From the NCBI RefSeq assembly GCF_004138165.1, contig NZ_RYFF01000020.1, positions 33,982 to 93,567 of the forward strand: a stretch of DNA of 59,586 nt. The letters run 5' to 3'. The DNA comes from Candidatus Chloroploca sp. Khr17. Lineage in GTDB: Bacteria; Chloroflexota; Chloroflexia; Chloroflexales; Chloroflexaceae. The notes under the pieces were generated by a model. That model did no database searches, was not told where the DNA came from, and worked only from the letters and a program-made list of their open reading frames with translations. Below, piece after piece: positions 9,101-17,950 of the stretch. The translations under genes were made by a program, and so were the position numbers. Numbering within the stretch: position 1 is the stretch's first letter; each line of letters opens with the position of its first letter.

Positions 9101-10432
9101 GCAACTGGCGGCGACTACTTTAGTGTCGCCGATACGACCGCCCTGCAGATGGGCTTGCGTGACGTGACCCATCGTGTATCACCCGTCGTTGACGTAGGCA
9201 TCGCCACCGGCTCGGGTGAGATGACGAATGGCACGCCGTATGAGGCGACCTTCTATGTTGATGCCAGCCTTGGCACCCTTGATCTCGATGTGATCTTCAG
9301 TGGCCTGCCCGCTGAGGCTACGCTCACGCTCACGCGACCTGATGGCACTGCGAGTGGAGCCATCTTTGCAACCTCTGGTGTTGATGATGGTTTTGGTGGT
9401 CAGTTTACGCTGGCCAGCACGCGCATCACTAATCCCGCCCTTGGTACCTGGACAGTGCGGGTGACCACAACGAGTGCCCGCAGCCGTGTCGCCTTCTGGG
9501 CTGACGGTGCGCCGCAAGCCGATGAAGGCACGTTCTTTGCCCACGTTCGTTCGCTGACGGGCAAGACAATCGCCGCCCCTGAGGCGCTCTTGATCGATGC
9601 GATGGTTGCCCAAGACTTCCCGATCACTGGTGGTGGTATCCGTGGCGAAATCACGCTGCCTGACGGCACGACCGTGCCGGTGGTCTTTACCGATGATGGC
9701 GTGGCCCCCGACTTCCTGGCGAATGATGGGCACTACAGTGCACTGATTGATTACCGGGGTGACGGTGCCTATTCCATTGCGGCCTTTTTCGATAACGACA
9801 ACGGGCAAGCCGTCTTTACCGAAGAGGCGGTTGCCCCATCCACGGCGCCCGATGGCTCCGTCCGGGAAGCTCAGACCTACCCGGTCGAAGGCAACTTCCA
9901 GCGGTACGCCACCACGAAGGTCTTTGTGACGGGATGGCAACCTGACGATCACGCGGATGATATGTTCGCGGCAACGCAGGTGTCGCCCGATAACACCCCG
10001 TTTGATGGGCGCATTGATCGTGCCGGCGACGTTGACATCTTCAAGGTTGACGTACCGGCTGATTACAGCGACGCGCTGGTACTGCGCATCGCGCAACTGG
10101 CCTTGGGCATGGATCCGGTTCTGACCGCCTTTGACACCGATGAGACCTGGTCAATCGACCGCTCGCTCGCCGATGCCACGGGTGACATGATCAGTGTCAG
10201 CCTGCCGAATAGTGCAGGGACAACGGTCTATATTGCGGTCAAGCATCACAACGCCGCCGCAACCACTGGCCTCTACGAGCTATCGGTGGGGCCACTGCTC
10301 GCCAATGAAGTGCCGGGTAACCTTGATCCAAAAGGTGCAGAGAATGCAATCTTCCTGCCCATGCTCCGGGTACCGGCACAAGGTATCCCGAATGCAGTGC
10401 ATGCGGTCTATCTGCCGCTTACGCTCCGGTGA
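6185..10432 (+). CDS. Giant secreted zinc metallopeptidase-like protein. Domains: 2x lectin/MAM-like module plus FN3, HEXXH, vWA-like, PPC-like.
   Basis: ATG 6185 lies 7 nt after 'aaggtga'. Signal peptide 'LIFLGLLVVGLVLVGFAPFARAAP'. Duplicated 'GWTV...F(D/N)NPG...TGGTGNFA..DS' modules are each followed by an FN3-like segment ('LNWNAAPNVSRYVIERSPDGTNW'). 'HEMGH' at 8185-8199. 'LQFVVDTSTQM' is vWA/MIDAS-like. 'RAGDVDIFKV'. Ends ...AVYLPLTLR*. Confidence 0.8.
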   Translation: MQASSRPSLSPRSLIFLGLLVVGLVLVGFAPFARAAPGFPTAPETFDGTSLPSGWTVVNVRTDAPYPIDDPYPLPNDSHGWRFDNPGARRNVTGGTGNFAIADSDHAGRGKTMDTQLRTPTFSLEGVAAARLQFNTTFRAYDQSTGDVDLSIDGGQTWTTIWRTTRTVHGQVKVTLPASALNQTKVKVRFRYYNATWDWYWAIDNVAIVMVNLPNPPDGLQATLKGSEIQLNWNAAPNVSRYVIERSPDGTNWATIAEVFGSQTRFTDTQGLVCGLPYRYRLLARNVAGLSQPSAPVTATTASCDRPTTLNETFTATTLPNGWTVAPSSGATWSFNNPGGRLNWTGGTGNFAGVDSNRAGGASVDASLVSPSLNLSDQPSVVLQFKTFFWAYRRATAGVDVSTDGGETWVNVWRRTGLFWGPVTLDLSSRLAGKSVAMVRFSYSTHAYNNSYWQVDDVQLLAMSPPVAPTNLRGSLLTSGDISLTWDGRGSQTFELERALGSSGSFQKIAELDHGVTSFIDTTVASETLYRYRVRSRNAVGVSAYSNLVSLTSGNRNVRMIDITISYYANSATAQARRQAIEANVRYFADSIYEMSNGANKLRRVTIYTGGAFANQADIVWVANCWPNAHLSGYGTPGLRIQHCDTFHAANFMNSEVGYRQGGYVLGHEMGHYFYSVYDEYRGSSPSTAWIGFPRLTDTPVNNSVMNSQWYAVDGNLNWLNFSTLRNNTGNTAQHRVYAASAWQTLARPLYQDPRNGTRMTAPVRLFHPELAAVAPALGQAPRIDLTSPTAQANARNALNFVWVGQSGSPRLQQANAEMALQFVVDTSTQMSEAQLASIKANLKNLVDQAADTTMIGLLTYADTVTVVQQPVLLDSEASRTALKATLDGLMLSNSAAVLTGEALEAALGVEGAAGIPDNAVRAVYLFSAGMYTGASHPFAQVGAYQDAAVTLETFDLGRDPQLAAELFQIATATGGDYFSVADTTALQMGLRDVTHRVSPVVDVGIATGSGEMTNGTPYEATFYVDASLGTLDLDVIFSGLPAEATLTLTRPDGTASGAIFATSGVDDGFGGQFTLASTRITNPALGTWTVRVTTTSARSRVAFWADGAPQADEGTFFAHVRSLTGKTIAAPEALLIDAMVAQDFPITGGGIRGEITLPDGTTVPVVFTDDGVAPDFLANDGHYSALIDYRGDGAYSIAAFFDNDNGQAVFTEEAVAPSTAPDGSVREAQTYPVEGNFQRYATTKVFVTGWQPDDHADDMFAATQVSPDNTPFDGRIDRAGDVDIFKVDVPADYSDALVLRIAQLALGMDPVLTAFDTDETWSIDRSLADATGDMISVSLPNSAGTTVYIAVKHHNAAATTGLYELSVGPLLANEVPGNLDPKGAENAIFLPMLRVPAQGIPNAVHAVYLPLTLR

Positions 10433-10455
10433 AAGATGGGCGCTGCGTTAGATCC

Positions 10456-10510
10456 ATAATGAATGGGTGGAGACGAGGGGCGTAGCTCCTCGTCTCCACC
10501 CATTCATTAT
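10456..10510 (+). terminator. 23-bp perfect hairpin downstream of the 6185-10432 gene.
   Basis: 'ataatgaatgggtggagacgagg' (10456-10478) and 'cctcgtctccacccattcattat' (10488-10510) are exact reverse complements. No U-tract follows. Confidence 0.5.
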
Positions 10511-10637
10511 AGGCTCATGGTACAATACGAGCCAGCAAGAATTGTGCAAGAAAGATCCACCGAAACGCGCCAATGATCAGCATACGGGCCGGCCAGATGA
10601 GCGGAACAGCGGTGGAACGTGAGAAACAGAGAAGCGT

Positions 10638-13433
10638 ATGAGCGAATGGCTGCAGTTTCATGGCCCCAATGCGGGCTACTTGATGGAGTTGTACGAACGC
10701 TATCAGGCCGATCCTGCGTCGGTTGATGCGGCAACCCGCGACTTTTTTGCGGCGTGGACGCCTCCCGGGGCCGAGGTGCGCGATAGCGAGCACGGGGCCG
10801 GGCTTGATGTGACGCGCATTGTTGGCGCGGCACGCCTGATCCGCTATTTGCGTGAATTGGGTCACGTGGCGGCCCGCATCGATCCGTTGGGGAGTGACCC
10901 GCCCGGCGATCCGGGGTTGGAATTGATCTCGCATGGGGTGACCCAGGCTGACCTCGCGATGTTGCCCGCCCATATTATCCGCGGGCCTGTGGCGACCCAT
11001 GTCCGCAATGCCGCCGAAGGGGTCGAGCGTTTGCGCCAAATCTATTCGGGGGCGATTGGCTATGAGACCGATCAGATCCAGAACTGGGAAGAACGGAACT
11101 GGATCCGTGAGTCGGCTGAGAGTGGTCGCTTTGGCTTTGATCTCGATACCGACCGCCAGCGTGAGTTGCTCGACCGCCTGACTGAGGTCGAGACCTTCGA
11201 GCGCTTTTTGCATAAAACCTTCCCCGGCCAAAAGCGGTTTTCGATCGAGGGCACCGATATGCTGGTGCCCGTGATTGATGCGATTATTCGCAATGCCGCT
11301 GCTGGTGGTACCCGTGAGGTCGTGATCGGCATGGCTCACCGTGGCCGGATCAATGTGCTTGCCCATATTCTTGGCAAACCATATTCGTCAATTCTGAGTG
11401 AATTTCATACGCCAGATTATACAAAAGATACCTATCTGGGCTGGACGGGTGATGTCAAGTATCACCTTGGCGCACGCAAGGCCTATCGTGAGAGTGGTGT
11501 CTCTGAGATGCCGATTACCCTCGCGCCCAATCCGAGCCACCTGGAGTATGTGAATCCGGTGATTGTCGGGCGTGCCCGCGCTGCCCAAGAGAAACGTACG
11601 CGCCCTGGCTATCCCGAGGAGGACGAGAAGGAGTCACTCGCCATCCTGATTCACGGCGATGCGGCCTTCCCCGGGCAGGGGATCGTCGCCGAGACCCTCA
11701 ATATGTCGCGGCTGGAAGGCTATCACGTTGGCGGAACAATCCATATTATTTTAAATAATCAGATCGGTTTTACCACCGATTATCAAGAATCACGCTCAAC
11801 GCTCTATGCTTCTGATCTTGCCCGCGGCTTCGAGATGCCGGTCGTGCATGTCAATGCGGATGACCCCGAGGCGTGCATTTCGGTCGCTCGGATGGCCTGG
11901 GCGTACCGCGATAAGTTCCAGAAGGATATCTTGATTGACCTGGTCGGCTACCGGCGTTGGGGCCACAACGAGGGTGATGAGCCGGAATTTACTCAGCCCC
12001 GGATGTATGAGAAGATCCGCAATCACCCGACAGTACGTGAGATCTGGGCCCGTGAGTTAGAGCGCCGTGGTGTGATTACCCACGAAGAGGCCCAGGCCCG
12101 CGTCGAGGCCGTGATGCAGCGGCTGCAACAAGCATTTGATACGGTGCGTGAGCGTCAGCGCCTCGCGGCCAGCCTGCCACCGACCGAGGAGTTGCCGCCT
12201 GCCCCTCTCGCCAACCCCTTGCGTGAAACGATCTTTGCCAAGCCGATCTCGGCGCAGAAGTTGCTTGAGTTGAATGAGGCGTTGCTCGATCGCCCCGAAG
12301 AGTTTATTGCGCACCCCAAGCTTGAACGGATGTTGCAGCGGCGGCGTCAGACGATCCATGACCACGCTGGGATTGAGTGGGCGCATGCCGAGGCGCTCGC
12401 TTTTGCGGCGATTCTGGCCGATGGTACGCCGATCCGTATGACTGGACAGGATAGTGAGCGTGGTACTTTTAGTCAGCGCCATCTGGTGCTGCACGATTCG
12501 CTGACAGGCGAACGCTTTGTTCCGTTGCACCATATGCCCCAGGCCCGCGCTGCGTTCGCGCTCTACAATAGTCCGCTCTCAGAGGCGGCGGTGCTTGCCT
12601 TTGAGTATGGCTATAGCACCCATGCCCCCGGTACGATGGTGCTGTGGGAGGCGCAGTTTGGCGATTTTGCCAATGGGGCGCAGGTGATCATTGATCAGTT
12701 CATTGTCGCCGGGCGCTCGAAGTGGGCCGTTGATCCTGCTCTGGTGCTCTTGTTGCCGCATGGCTACGAGGGTCAGGGCCCCGAGCATTCGTCGGCACGT
12801 CTCGAACGCTTTTTGCAACTCGCCGCCACGGATAATATCCGGGTGGCGAATCCGACCACGGCGGCGCAGTATTTCCACTTGTTGCGCTACCAGGCGTCGG
12901 CGCTGGCGCTGCATCCGCGCCCGCTGATTGTGATGACGCCCAAGAGCCTGTTGCGCAATCCGCGCTCGAATTCGTCACTTAGCGACCTGACGGCTGGCCC
13001 TTTCAAGCCGGTGCTCGATCGCGGGGCCGATGCGCCTCCTCCCGAAGATGTGACCAGGCTCATTCTCTGTAGTGGCAAGGTCGCAATTGACATGTTGGCC
13101 TCGGGCGAACTCGAACGGGCCGGGGGCAGCGTTGATCTTGTGCGCGTCGAGATGCTCTATCCGTTCCCCGAGCACGATCTGCGGACGACGCTTGAACGCT
13201 ATCCCAATCTGCTCGAGGTGATCTGGATGCAGGAAGAGCCACAAAATATGGGCGCATGGTCGTATATCGCCCCACGGTTGCAGGCGATCCTCGACCCTGA
13301 CCTGACGTTCCGTTATGTCGGCAGAGGTGAGTCGGCTTCAACCGCCGAGGGTATGCATAGTCTCCATGCCCGCGAGCAGCAGCGTATCTTGCGTGAAGCT
13401 GTCGCCGGGGTTGTGGTCAGTACGATAAGGTAA
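10638..13433 (+). CDS. sucA: 2-oxoglutarate dehydrogenase E1 component.
   Basis: 931 aa. The N-terminus 'MSEWLQFHGPNAGYLMELYERYQADP', together with 'RFSIEGTDMLVP', 'MAHRGRINVLAHILGKPY' and 'GDVKYHLG', are hallmark OGDH-E1 segments. It is followed by the E2 gene. Confidence 0.93.
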   Translation: MSEWLQFHGPNAGYLMELYERYQADPASVDAATRDFFAAWTPPGAEVRDSEHGAGLDVTRIVGAARLIRYLRELGHVAARIDPLGSDPPGDPGLELISHGVTQADLAMLPAHIIRGPVATHVRNAAEGVERLRQIYSGAIGYETDQIQNWEERNWIRESAESGRFGFDLDTDRQRELLDRLTEVETFERFLHKTFPGQKRFSIEGTDMLVPVIDAIIRNAAAGGTREVVIGMAHRGRINVLAHILGKPYSSILSEFHTPDYTKDTYLGWTGDVKYHLGARKAYRESGVSEMPITLAPNPSHLEYVNPVIVGRARAAQEKRTRPGYPEEDEKESLAILIHGDAAFPGQGIVAETLNMSRLEGYHVGGTIHIILNNQIGFTTDYQESRSTLYASDLARGFEMPVVHVNADDPEACISVARMAWAYRDKFQKDILIDLVGYRRWGHNEGDEPEFTQPRMYEKIRNHPTVREIWARELERRGVITHEEAQARVEAVMQRLQQAFDTVRERQRLAASLPPTEELPPAPLANPLRETIFAKPISAQKLLELNEALLDRPEEFIAHPKLERMLQRRRQTIHDHAGIEWAHAEALAFAAILADGTPIRMTGQDSERGTFSQRHLVLHDSLTGERFVPLHHMPQARAAFALYNSPLSEAAVLAFEYGYSTHAPGTMVLWEAQFGDFANGAQVIIDQFIVAGRSKWAVDPALVLLLPHGYEGQGPEHSSARLERFLQLAATDNIRVANPTTAAQYFHLLRYQASALALHPRPLIVMTPKSLLRNPRSNSSLSDLTAGPFKPVLDRGADAPPPEDVTRLILCSGKVAIDMLASGELERAGGSVDLVRVEMLYPFPEHDLRTTLERYPNLLEVIWMQEEPQNMGAWSYIAPRLQAILDPDLTFRYVGRGESASTAEGMHSLHAREQQRILREAVAGVVVSTIR

Positions 13434-13480
13434 GCCGTCTCCAAGCTAAACTACTCACCGGTGTGGACAGTTTAGCCCCC

Positions 13481-13534
13481 GGGAGCGCGGGCGGCTCGCC
13501 CGCAAGTGCTTGCGGGCAAGTCGCCCGCGCTCCC
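13481..13534. repeat. Imperfect 26-bp inverted repeat in the sucA-sucB spacer (REP-like element or attenuator/terminator).
   Basis: 'gggagcgcgggcggctcgcccgcaag' / 'cttgcgggcaagtcgcccgcgctccc', with 2-3 mismatches. Confidence 0.6.
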
Positions 13535-13599
13535 AGGCGAAGGGTGAACAGTTACGCTTCAAATAGGGTGTTTTGTGAGTGACTTTGCGGAGCAAGCAT

Positions 13600-14928
13600 A
13601 TGGCATATGAGATCAAAGTTCCAGCGCTTGGTGAGTCGATTGTGGAAGCGATTGTGGCACGCTGGTTGAAGCAAGCGGGTGAAGCGGTTGCCGCTGGTGA
13701 GCCAGTCGTTGAACTTGAAACCGATAAGGTGAATCTTGAAGTTGCGGCTGATCATGCCGGGGTGATCGGGGCGCTGCTGGTGCAAGAGGGGGCGACGGTC
13801 GGCATTGGCGATGTCCTGACGACGATTATCCCCGGTGCTGCCACGACGATCGTGCCCCCGCCGCCTGCCGCTATCGCGCCCCATAGCGAGAATGGTGCGC
13901 ACGCCACGCAAGAAGAAGCGGTGAGTATGCCCGGTGGGGTTGTCGCTACCCCAACGGCCCAGAAAGTGGCCGCGCAGCATGGCATTGACCTGCGTACGCT
14001 CAGCGGAACTGGTCCTGATGGGCGCATTACGAAAGAGGATGTCCTGCGGAGCGTGGAGGCGCCTGCGACCAGTACCATTGCGGTACCTGTGGCACCTGCG
14101 CGCCCCCAACCAGTTGCCCCCCCACGAGCGGCACCGGTAGCACCTGTTCCTCCCATTGCTGCCCCGGCCCCGACCCCTATCGAGTATGCACCAACGCCAG
14201 CCCCAGTGGTCGCGTCGGGGGGCGATGGTCGCCGTGAGGAACGGCAACGCCTGACCCGGCGCCGCCAGACGATTGCCCGTCGCCTGGTCGAAGCGCAGCA
14301 GACCGCTGCGATGCTCACAACCTTTAATGAGGTTGATATGAGCAGCGTGATGGAGTTGCGCAAGCGCCATAAGGATGGCTTCAAAGAGCGCCACGGGGTC
14401 AACCTCGGGTTTATGTCGTTCTTTACCAAAGCCGTAGTCGGGGCACTCAAGGCCTTTCCGACAGTCAATGCCGAAATTCAGGGCGAAGAGGTGGTGATTA
14501 AGTACTACTACGATATCGGGATGGCGGTTGGCGTTGAAGAGGGCCTGGTGGTGCCGGTGGTGCGCGATGCTGACCGCAAGAGCTTTGCGCAGATCGAGCA
14601 AGAGATTGGCGTGCTGGCGGGCAAAGCTCGCAATGGTACGCTGAGTCTCGCTGAATTGATGGGGGGCACGTTCACCATTACCAATGGTGGCGTCTATGGC
14701 TCACTGATGTCCACGCCTATTCTCAATGCGCCGCAAGTTGGCATTCTCGGTCTCCACAAAATCGAAGAGCGCCCGATTGTGCGCGAGGGTCAGATTGTGA
14801 TCCGCCCGATGATGTACCTGGCACTTAGTTATGACCATCGTCTGATTGATGGGAGTACGGCGGTGCGCTTCCTCGTGCGACTCAAAGAATTGATGGAAGA
14901 TCCTGAAGCCTTGCTGCTTGAGGGATAA
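13600..14928 (+). CDS. sucB: Dihydrolipoyllysine-residue succinyltransferase (OGDH E2).
   Basis: Start taken at ATG 13600 ('[17 protein letters not shown]'). Lipoyl-attachment motif 'ELETDKV'. E3-binding segment '[33 protein letters not shown]'. Catalytic '[10 protein letters not shown]'. Confidence 0.93.
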   Translation: MAYEIKVPALGESIVEAIVARWLKQAGEAVAAGEPVVELETDKVNLEVAADHAGVIGALLVQEGATVGIGDVLTTIIPGAATTIVPPPPAAIAPHSENGAHATQEEAVSMPGGVVATPTAQKVAAQHGIDLRTLSGTGPDGRITKEDVLRSVEAPATSTIAVPVAPARPQPVAPPRAAPVAPVPPIAAPAPTPIEYAPTPAPVVASGGDGRREERQRLTRRRQTIARRLVEAQQTAAMLTTFNEVDMSSVMELRKRHKDGFKERHGVNLGFMSFFTKAVVGALKAFPTVNAEIQGEEVVIKYYYDIGMAVGVEEGLVVPVVRDADRKSFAQIEQEIGVLAGKARNGTLSLAELMGGTFTITNGGVYGSLMSTPILNAPQVGILGLHKIEERPIVREGQIVIRPMMYLALSYDHRLIDGSTAVRFLVRLKELMEDPEALLLEG

Positions 14929-14935
14929 TCCGTTT

Positions 14936-14981
14936 GTGCGTCGTGCGCGGTGCCAGCAAGCTGGCACCGCGCACGACGCAC
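14936..14981 (+). terminator. 22-bp perfect hairpin 8 nt after the sucB stop.
   Basis: 'gtgcgtcgtgcgcggtgccagc' - aa - 'gctggcaccgcgcacgacgcac'. Confidence 0.55.
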
Positions 14982-15021
14982 AGGGTAGTCGAAGCGATCG
15001 GCCTATTGAGGAGCAACACTG

Positions 15022-16323
15022 ATGTACGTGTGGCCCGAGACGGTTGCGGTGGGTGATGGGCGGCTCGCGGTTGGGGGATGCGATCTGGTTGCGCTGGCTG
15101 AACAGTATGGGACGCCGCTCTATGTCTTTGATGAGGTGACGCTGCGCGGCGCGATGCGCACCTATCGGGCGGCGTTTGCCGAAGCCTACCCGGCGCAGCA
15201 TCGCGTCCACTATGCAAGCAAGGCGTTGCTCAATACGGCGCTGGCCCAGATTGTTGCCGAGGAGGGCCTCGGCTTGGATGTGGTCTCGGCGGCTGAGTTG
15301 TGCGTGGCCCAGCGAGCCGGGGTGCCGATGGGGCACGTGCATCTGCATGGCAATGCGAAAAGTGAAGCCGAATTGGTGCGTGCGATGACATGGGGCGTCG
15401 GGGCGATCGTCGTTGATAATCTCGATGAGCTTGGCTTGCTCGAGGCGTTGACCAGGCAGTGCGAAGAACCGCAAGGGGTGTTGCTGCGCCTCGCCCCCGA
15501 TATTGCCGCCCAGACGCATGCCCATATTGCGACCGGTAGCAGTGACGCCAAATTCGGTTTACCACGTGAGGCGCTTGACACCGCCGTTAGGCGCATCCTG
15601 GCGGCCCCTGGACTGCATTTGCTTGGTCTGCATGCCCATATTGGCTCGCAGCTCTTTCGGCTTGATCAGTTGCAGGCGACGGTGCAGGTTCTGGTCGAAG
15701 CGGCGGTACAGGTGCGTGATCAGTATGGGTATACTGTGACCGAGTTGAGCCCCGGTGGTGGCCTGGGGGTTCCGTATACGACCGAGCAACCGCCGACGGA
15801 CCTTTGTGGCTACGCGACGATGCTTGCCGCGACCCTGACAGATGCGTGTACGCGGGCGAACTTCCCCCTACCCAGGTTGACGATCGAGCCGGGGCGTTCC
15901 ATTATTGCGCGGGCGGGCGTTGCGCTCTATCGAGTCATCGGACGCAAATATGCGCCCGATGGACGGCTGCTCTACCTGCACGTTGACGGCGGTATGGCCG
16001 ACAATTTACGCCCGGCGCTCTATGGGGCGCAGTATAGTGCGCTGCTGGCCAATCGTGCCGACGAGCCAGCGGATACGGTCGTGGCGGTCGCAGGCCGGTA
16101 CTGCGAATCTGGTGATATTCTGTTGCGTGAGATAGCCCTGCCATCCGGCGCACCTGGCGACATCGTAGCGATTGCTACCGCAGGTGCGTATACGTTGAGC
16201 ATGGCGAGCAACTACAATCTTGTTCCACGCCCCGCCGTGCTCTTGCTCGATGCTGGAACAGTTCGGCTGATCCAGCGCCGCGAGACCGAAGAGGAGTTAC
16301 TTGCGCGTGACATCGTGCTGTAG
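15022..16323 (+). CDS. lysA: Diaminopimelate decarboxylase (PLP-dependent, Orn/DAP/Arg decarboxylase fold).
   Basis: SD 'gaggag' before the ATG. Motifs 'HYASKALLNTALAQIVAEEGLGLDVVSAAEL', 'HAHIGSQ', 'SPGGGLGVPY', 'GRYCESGD'. Confidence 0.9.
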   Translation: MYVWPETVAVGDGRLAVGGCDLVALAEQYGTPLYVFDEVTLRGAMRTYRAAFAEAYPAQHRVHYASKALLNTALAQIVAEEGLGLDVVSAAELCVAQRAGVPMGHVHLHGNAKSEAELVRAMTWGVGAIVVDNLDELGLLEALTRQCEEPQGVLLRLAPDIAAQTHAHIATGSSDAKFGLPREALDTAVRRILAAPGLHLLGLHAHIGSQLFRLDQLQATVQVLVEAAVQVRDQYGYTVTELSPGGGLGVPYTTEQPPTDLCGYATMLAATLTDACTRANFPLPRLTIEPGRSIIARAGVALYRVIGRKYAPDGRLLYLHVDGGMADNLRPALYGAQYSALLANRADEPADTVVAVAGRYCESGDILLREIALPSGAPGDIVAIATAGAYTLSMASNYNLVPRPAVLLLDAGTVRLIQRRETEEELLARDIVL

Positions 16324-16334
16324 CGGGGTAGGTG

Positions 16335-17681
16335 ATGCAAAATCATTTCTTTTATCGTGGCCCGATCCGTGATCGGCGCTACCTCTATGGGCGCGAGCCG
16401 CTGCTCGAGCGTGCGCTCGCCTTCATTACCTCTGGACAGAGTGTGGCGCTGATTGGCCCGCGACGCATTGGCAAGACCTCGCTGCTACTTCAGCTTGGTG
16501 ATCCAGCGTTATATGCGCAGATCGGGCATGAGGTCAGCAGGCTCCATTGTGTCTACCTCGACTGCCAGAGTCTCATTCAGGCTAGCCCTGAGATGATCTA
16601 TGGGCGGCTACTTGCCGCGATCGGCGAAGGATCGGAGGCTGCTTCAGCGGGGTGCCGTGCGGATGGCAGCGAAGGCGTAGCGTTTGCCCAGTTCGAAGCA
16701 GCCATTGAGTACGCCAGCTCCAACGGCTATGCGTTGATTTTTTTGCTCGACGAGTTTGAGAGTTTGCTTGCGAATACGCAGCTTGATCATGCTTTCTACA
16801 CGAGTCTGCGGGCACTAGCTACAACGCAGAGGGTCGTCTATGTGCTTGCTTCGTCGTGCCCCTTGCTTGAACTCGACCATGTGCATCTTGAGGCGTGGAA
16901 CGTCGCGTTGCTCAACGACTTTGCAGTTATTCACCTGGGGTTACTCTCGGTTGAAGCGAGTCGTCTGCTGTTGCAAGAGTTGTCAGCGCGAAGTGGTTTT
17001 GCCTTTGATGAACCGTTGATCGAACAGTTGCTTGAACTGGCCGGCTGCCATCCTCTCTTGCTCCAGATCGCCGGTTACCATGCGATCGATTTGCTGAAGA
17101 CCGATGAGCTCCAGCATTCTTGTGATGTGCAGATGCTCGAGCGTGCCTTTCTGAGCGAAGCCGCCGCACAATGGAGTGCCATGTGGCATCGGTTGAACCT
17201 TGAGAGTAAACAGATGCTGGCCCTCTTTGCGCTGCTCGCCCCGACCTATCCAGCTGCGGTGCGTCGCCTCGAAGCCTGTGGTCTTGTGATGCAGGGGGCC
17301 GATGGGCAACCAACGCTGCTCTCGGTAGCCTTTCGTCGTTTTGTCGCGGAACAAGAGGTTCCCGGCGTGATCCAAGTGCCACCGGTGACGCTTGTGCCGT
17401 CACTCAAGACAGCCCTGTTGCGCGGTGAGCCATTGCCCTTGCCGCCGCAGCAGTTTGAGCTCTTGAGCTATCTGGTCGAGCATCGCCAGCGCATCGTCTC
17501 ACGTGAAGAATTGACCGCGGCGCTCTGGGGGCGTTACGATGCAGCGAGCCTTGAGAGTCTGCGTACCGCGTTGCGCAGTCTGCGCGAGGCGCTGGGCGAA
17601 GACCAGGGCTGTATCCAGATTCTCCGCGGGCACGGCTGCCAGTTTGTTGCGCTCGATCTTCCGGTTTTGCTCCTCCAATGA
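16335..17681 (+). CDS. AAA/P-loop ATPase fused to a C-terminal OmpR/PhoB-type winged-helix DNA-binding domain (transcriptional regulator).
   Basis: Walker A 'GPRRIGKTS' and Walker B 'FLLDEFES'. C-terminus 'LPPQQFELLSYLVEHRQRIVSREELTAALWG...LRTALRSLREAL' is trans_reg_C-like. The start lies 9-12 nt after the lysA stop. Confidence 0.7.
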   Translation: MQNHFFYRGPIRDRRYLYGREPLLERALAFITSGQSVALIGPRRIGKTSLLLQLGDPALYAQIGHEVSRLHCVYLDCQSLIQASPEMIYGRLLAAIGEGSEAASAGCRADGSEGVAFAQFEAAIEYASSNGYALIFLLDEFESLLANTQLDHAFYTSLRALATTQRVVYVLASSCPLLELDHVHLEAWNVALLNDFAVIHLGLLSVEASRLLLQELSARSGFAFDEPLIEQLLELAGCHPLLLQIAGYHAIDLLKTDELQHSCDVQMLERAFLSEAAAQWSAMWHRLNLESKQMLALFALLAPTYPAAVRRLEACGLVMQGADGQPTLLSVAFRRFVAEQEVPGVIQVPPVTLVPSLKTALLRGEPLPLPPQQFELLSYLVEHRQRIVSREELTAALWGRYDAASLESLRTALRSLREALGEDQGCIQILRGHGCQFVALDLPVLLLQ

Positions 17682-17950
17682 TCCGCCAAACTTCCCTGTT
17701 TGCTCCCTCCACAAACTGAGCGGCGATGGGCTATCATAGACTCAATCCCAGCAAAACATTGCTTCCAGATCGCTCCTTGTTCGTGTTTTGGACACTCTTA
17801 TGCTCAGCGAGCCTCCCTGGTTGAGGTGCAACTGCCGCGCCTTCTGCCACTCCCCCTCCGTTGCCCAGGTGCCCCCTTGACAGGGCTTGCAGTTGCCCCA
17901 AACGCCAGCAGCAAGGCCCTGATGAGTACAGCGCAAAGGAATGGGTCAGC

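Noticed and set aside
9179-10096. A 305-aa minus-strand ORF, and similar long antisense ORFs at 10515-11366, 13552-14601, 14701-15525, 18986-19966, 21561-22367, 25746-26570 and 55959-56693.
   Set aside because: Each lies entirely within a better-supported opposite-strand gene and has a low-complexity Arg/His/Gly-rich composition. They are GC-driven shadow ORFs.
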